Of a stretch of DNA of 64,000 nucleotides, positions 63,867 to 64,000 are shown piece by piece. The DNA comes from Heterodontus francisci (lineage: Eukaryota), in the NCBI RefSeq assembly GCF_036365525.1, contig NW_027140807.1:1-64000 (forward strand). Direction: 5' to 3'. The notes beneath the pieces are model-generated. The model made no database searches. It saw only the letters and a program-made list of their open reading frames with translations, and had not been told where the DNA came from. How positions within the stretch are numbered: the stretch's first letter is position 1; each line of letters starts with the position of its first letter. The translations under genes and the position numbers were made by a program.

Positions 63867-64000
63867 TCTCTGTCTCTCTCGCTGTTGTTTCTGAACTTCA
63901 CTTCACATATTAAAATCTTTAAGAAGCTCTCTGAGACCGCTGAAGGTTTACCCTTCAGTCTTCTCTTTTCTGGAGCAAAGATAACCCGATATTCAAACTA

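Overview
Vertebrate genomic DNA holding the V-D-J part of a T-cell receptor beta (TRB) locus on the minus strand. It is almost certainly from a shark or other elasmobranch, judged from the CR1/DeuSINE-type repeats and the V/J sequences. In transcriptional order (high to low coordinates) there are 13 Vbeta genes in 4 families: 9 apparently intact, 1 ORF with a damaged heptamer and 3 pseudogenes, each with leader exon, V exon and 23-type RSS (one spacer shortened to 17). A ~9 kb V-D interval follows, then Dbeta1 with 10 J segments (3 defective), then, with no constant exon in between, Dbeta2 with 6 J segments (1 defective). The C gene should lie beyond position 1. The rest is CR1/RTE/Penelope LINE fragments, SINEs, minisatellites, microsatellites and two assembly gaps. 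The most notable unannotated signal is an oriented set of CTCF-like motifs. D-facing sites lie downstream of V RSSs, one of them amplified into an 11-copy 45-bp tandem array 37 bp from an RSS. A cluster of mostly V-facing sites lies in the V-D interval. Together they resemble the mammalian Igh VH-CBE/IGCR1 loop-extrusion architecture. Also noted: reciprocal pseudogenisation of a duplicated J triplet, AP-1 motifs built into V RSSs and GATA motifs built into D RSSs. Segment names (V1-V13, J1.x, J2.x, families A-D, J types A-G) are working labels for this window only. All motif calls are by eye.
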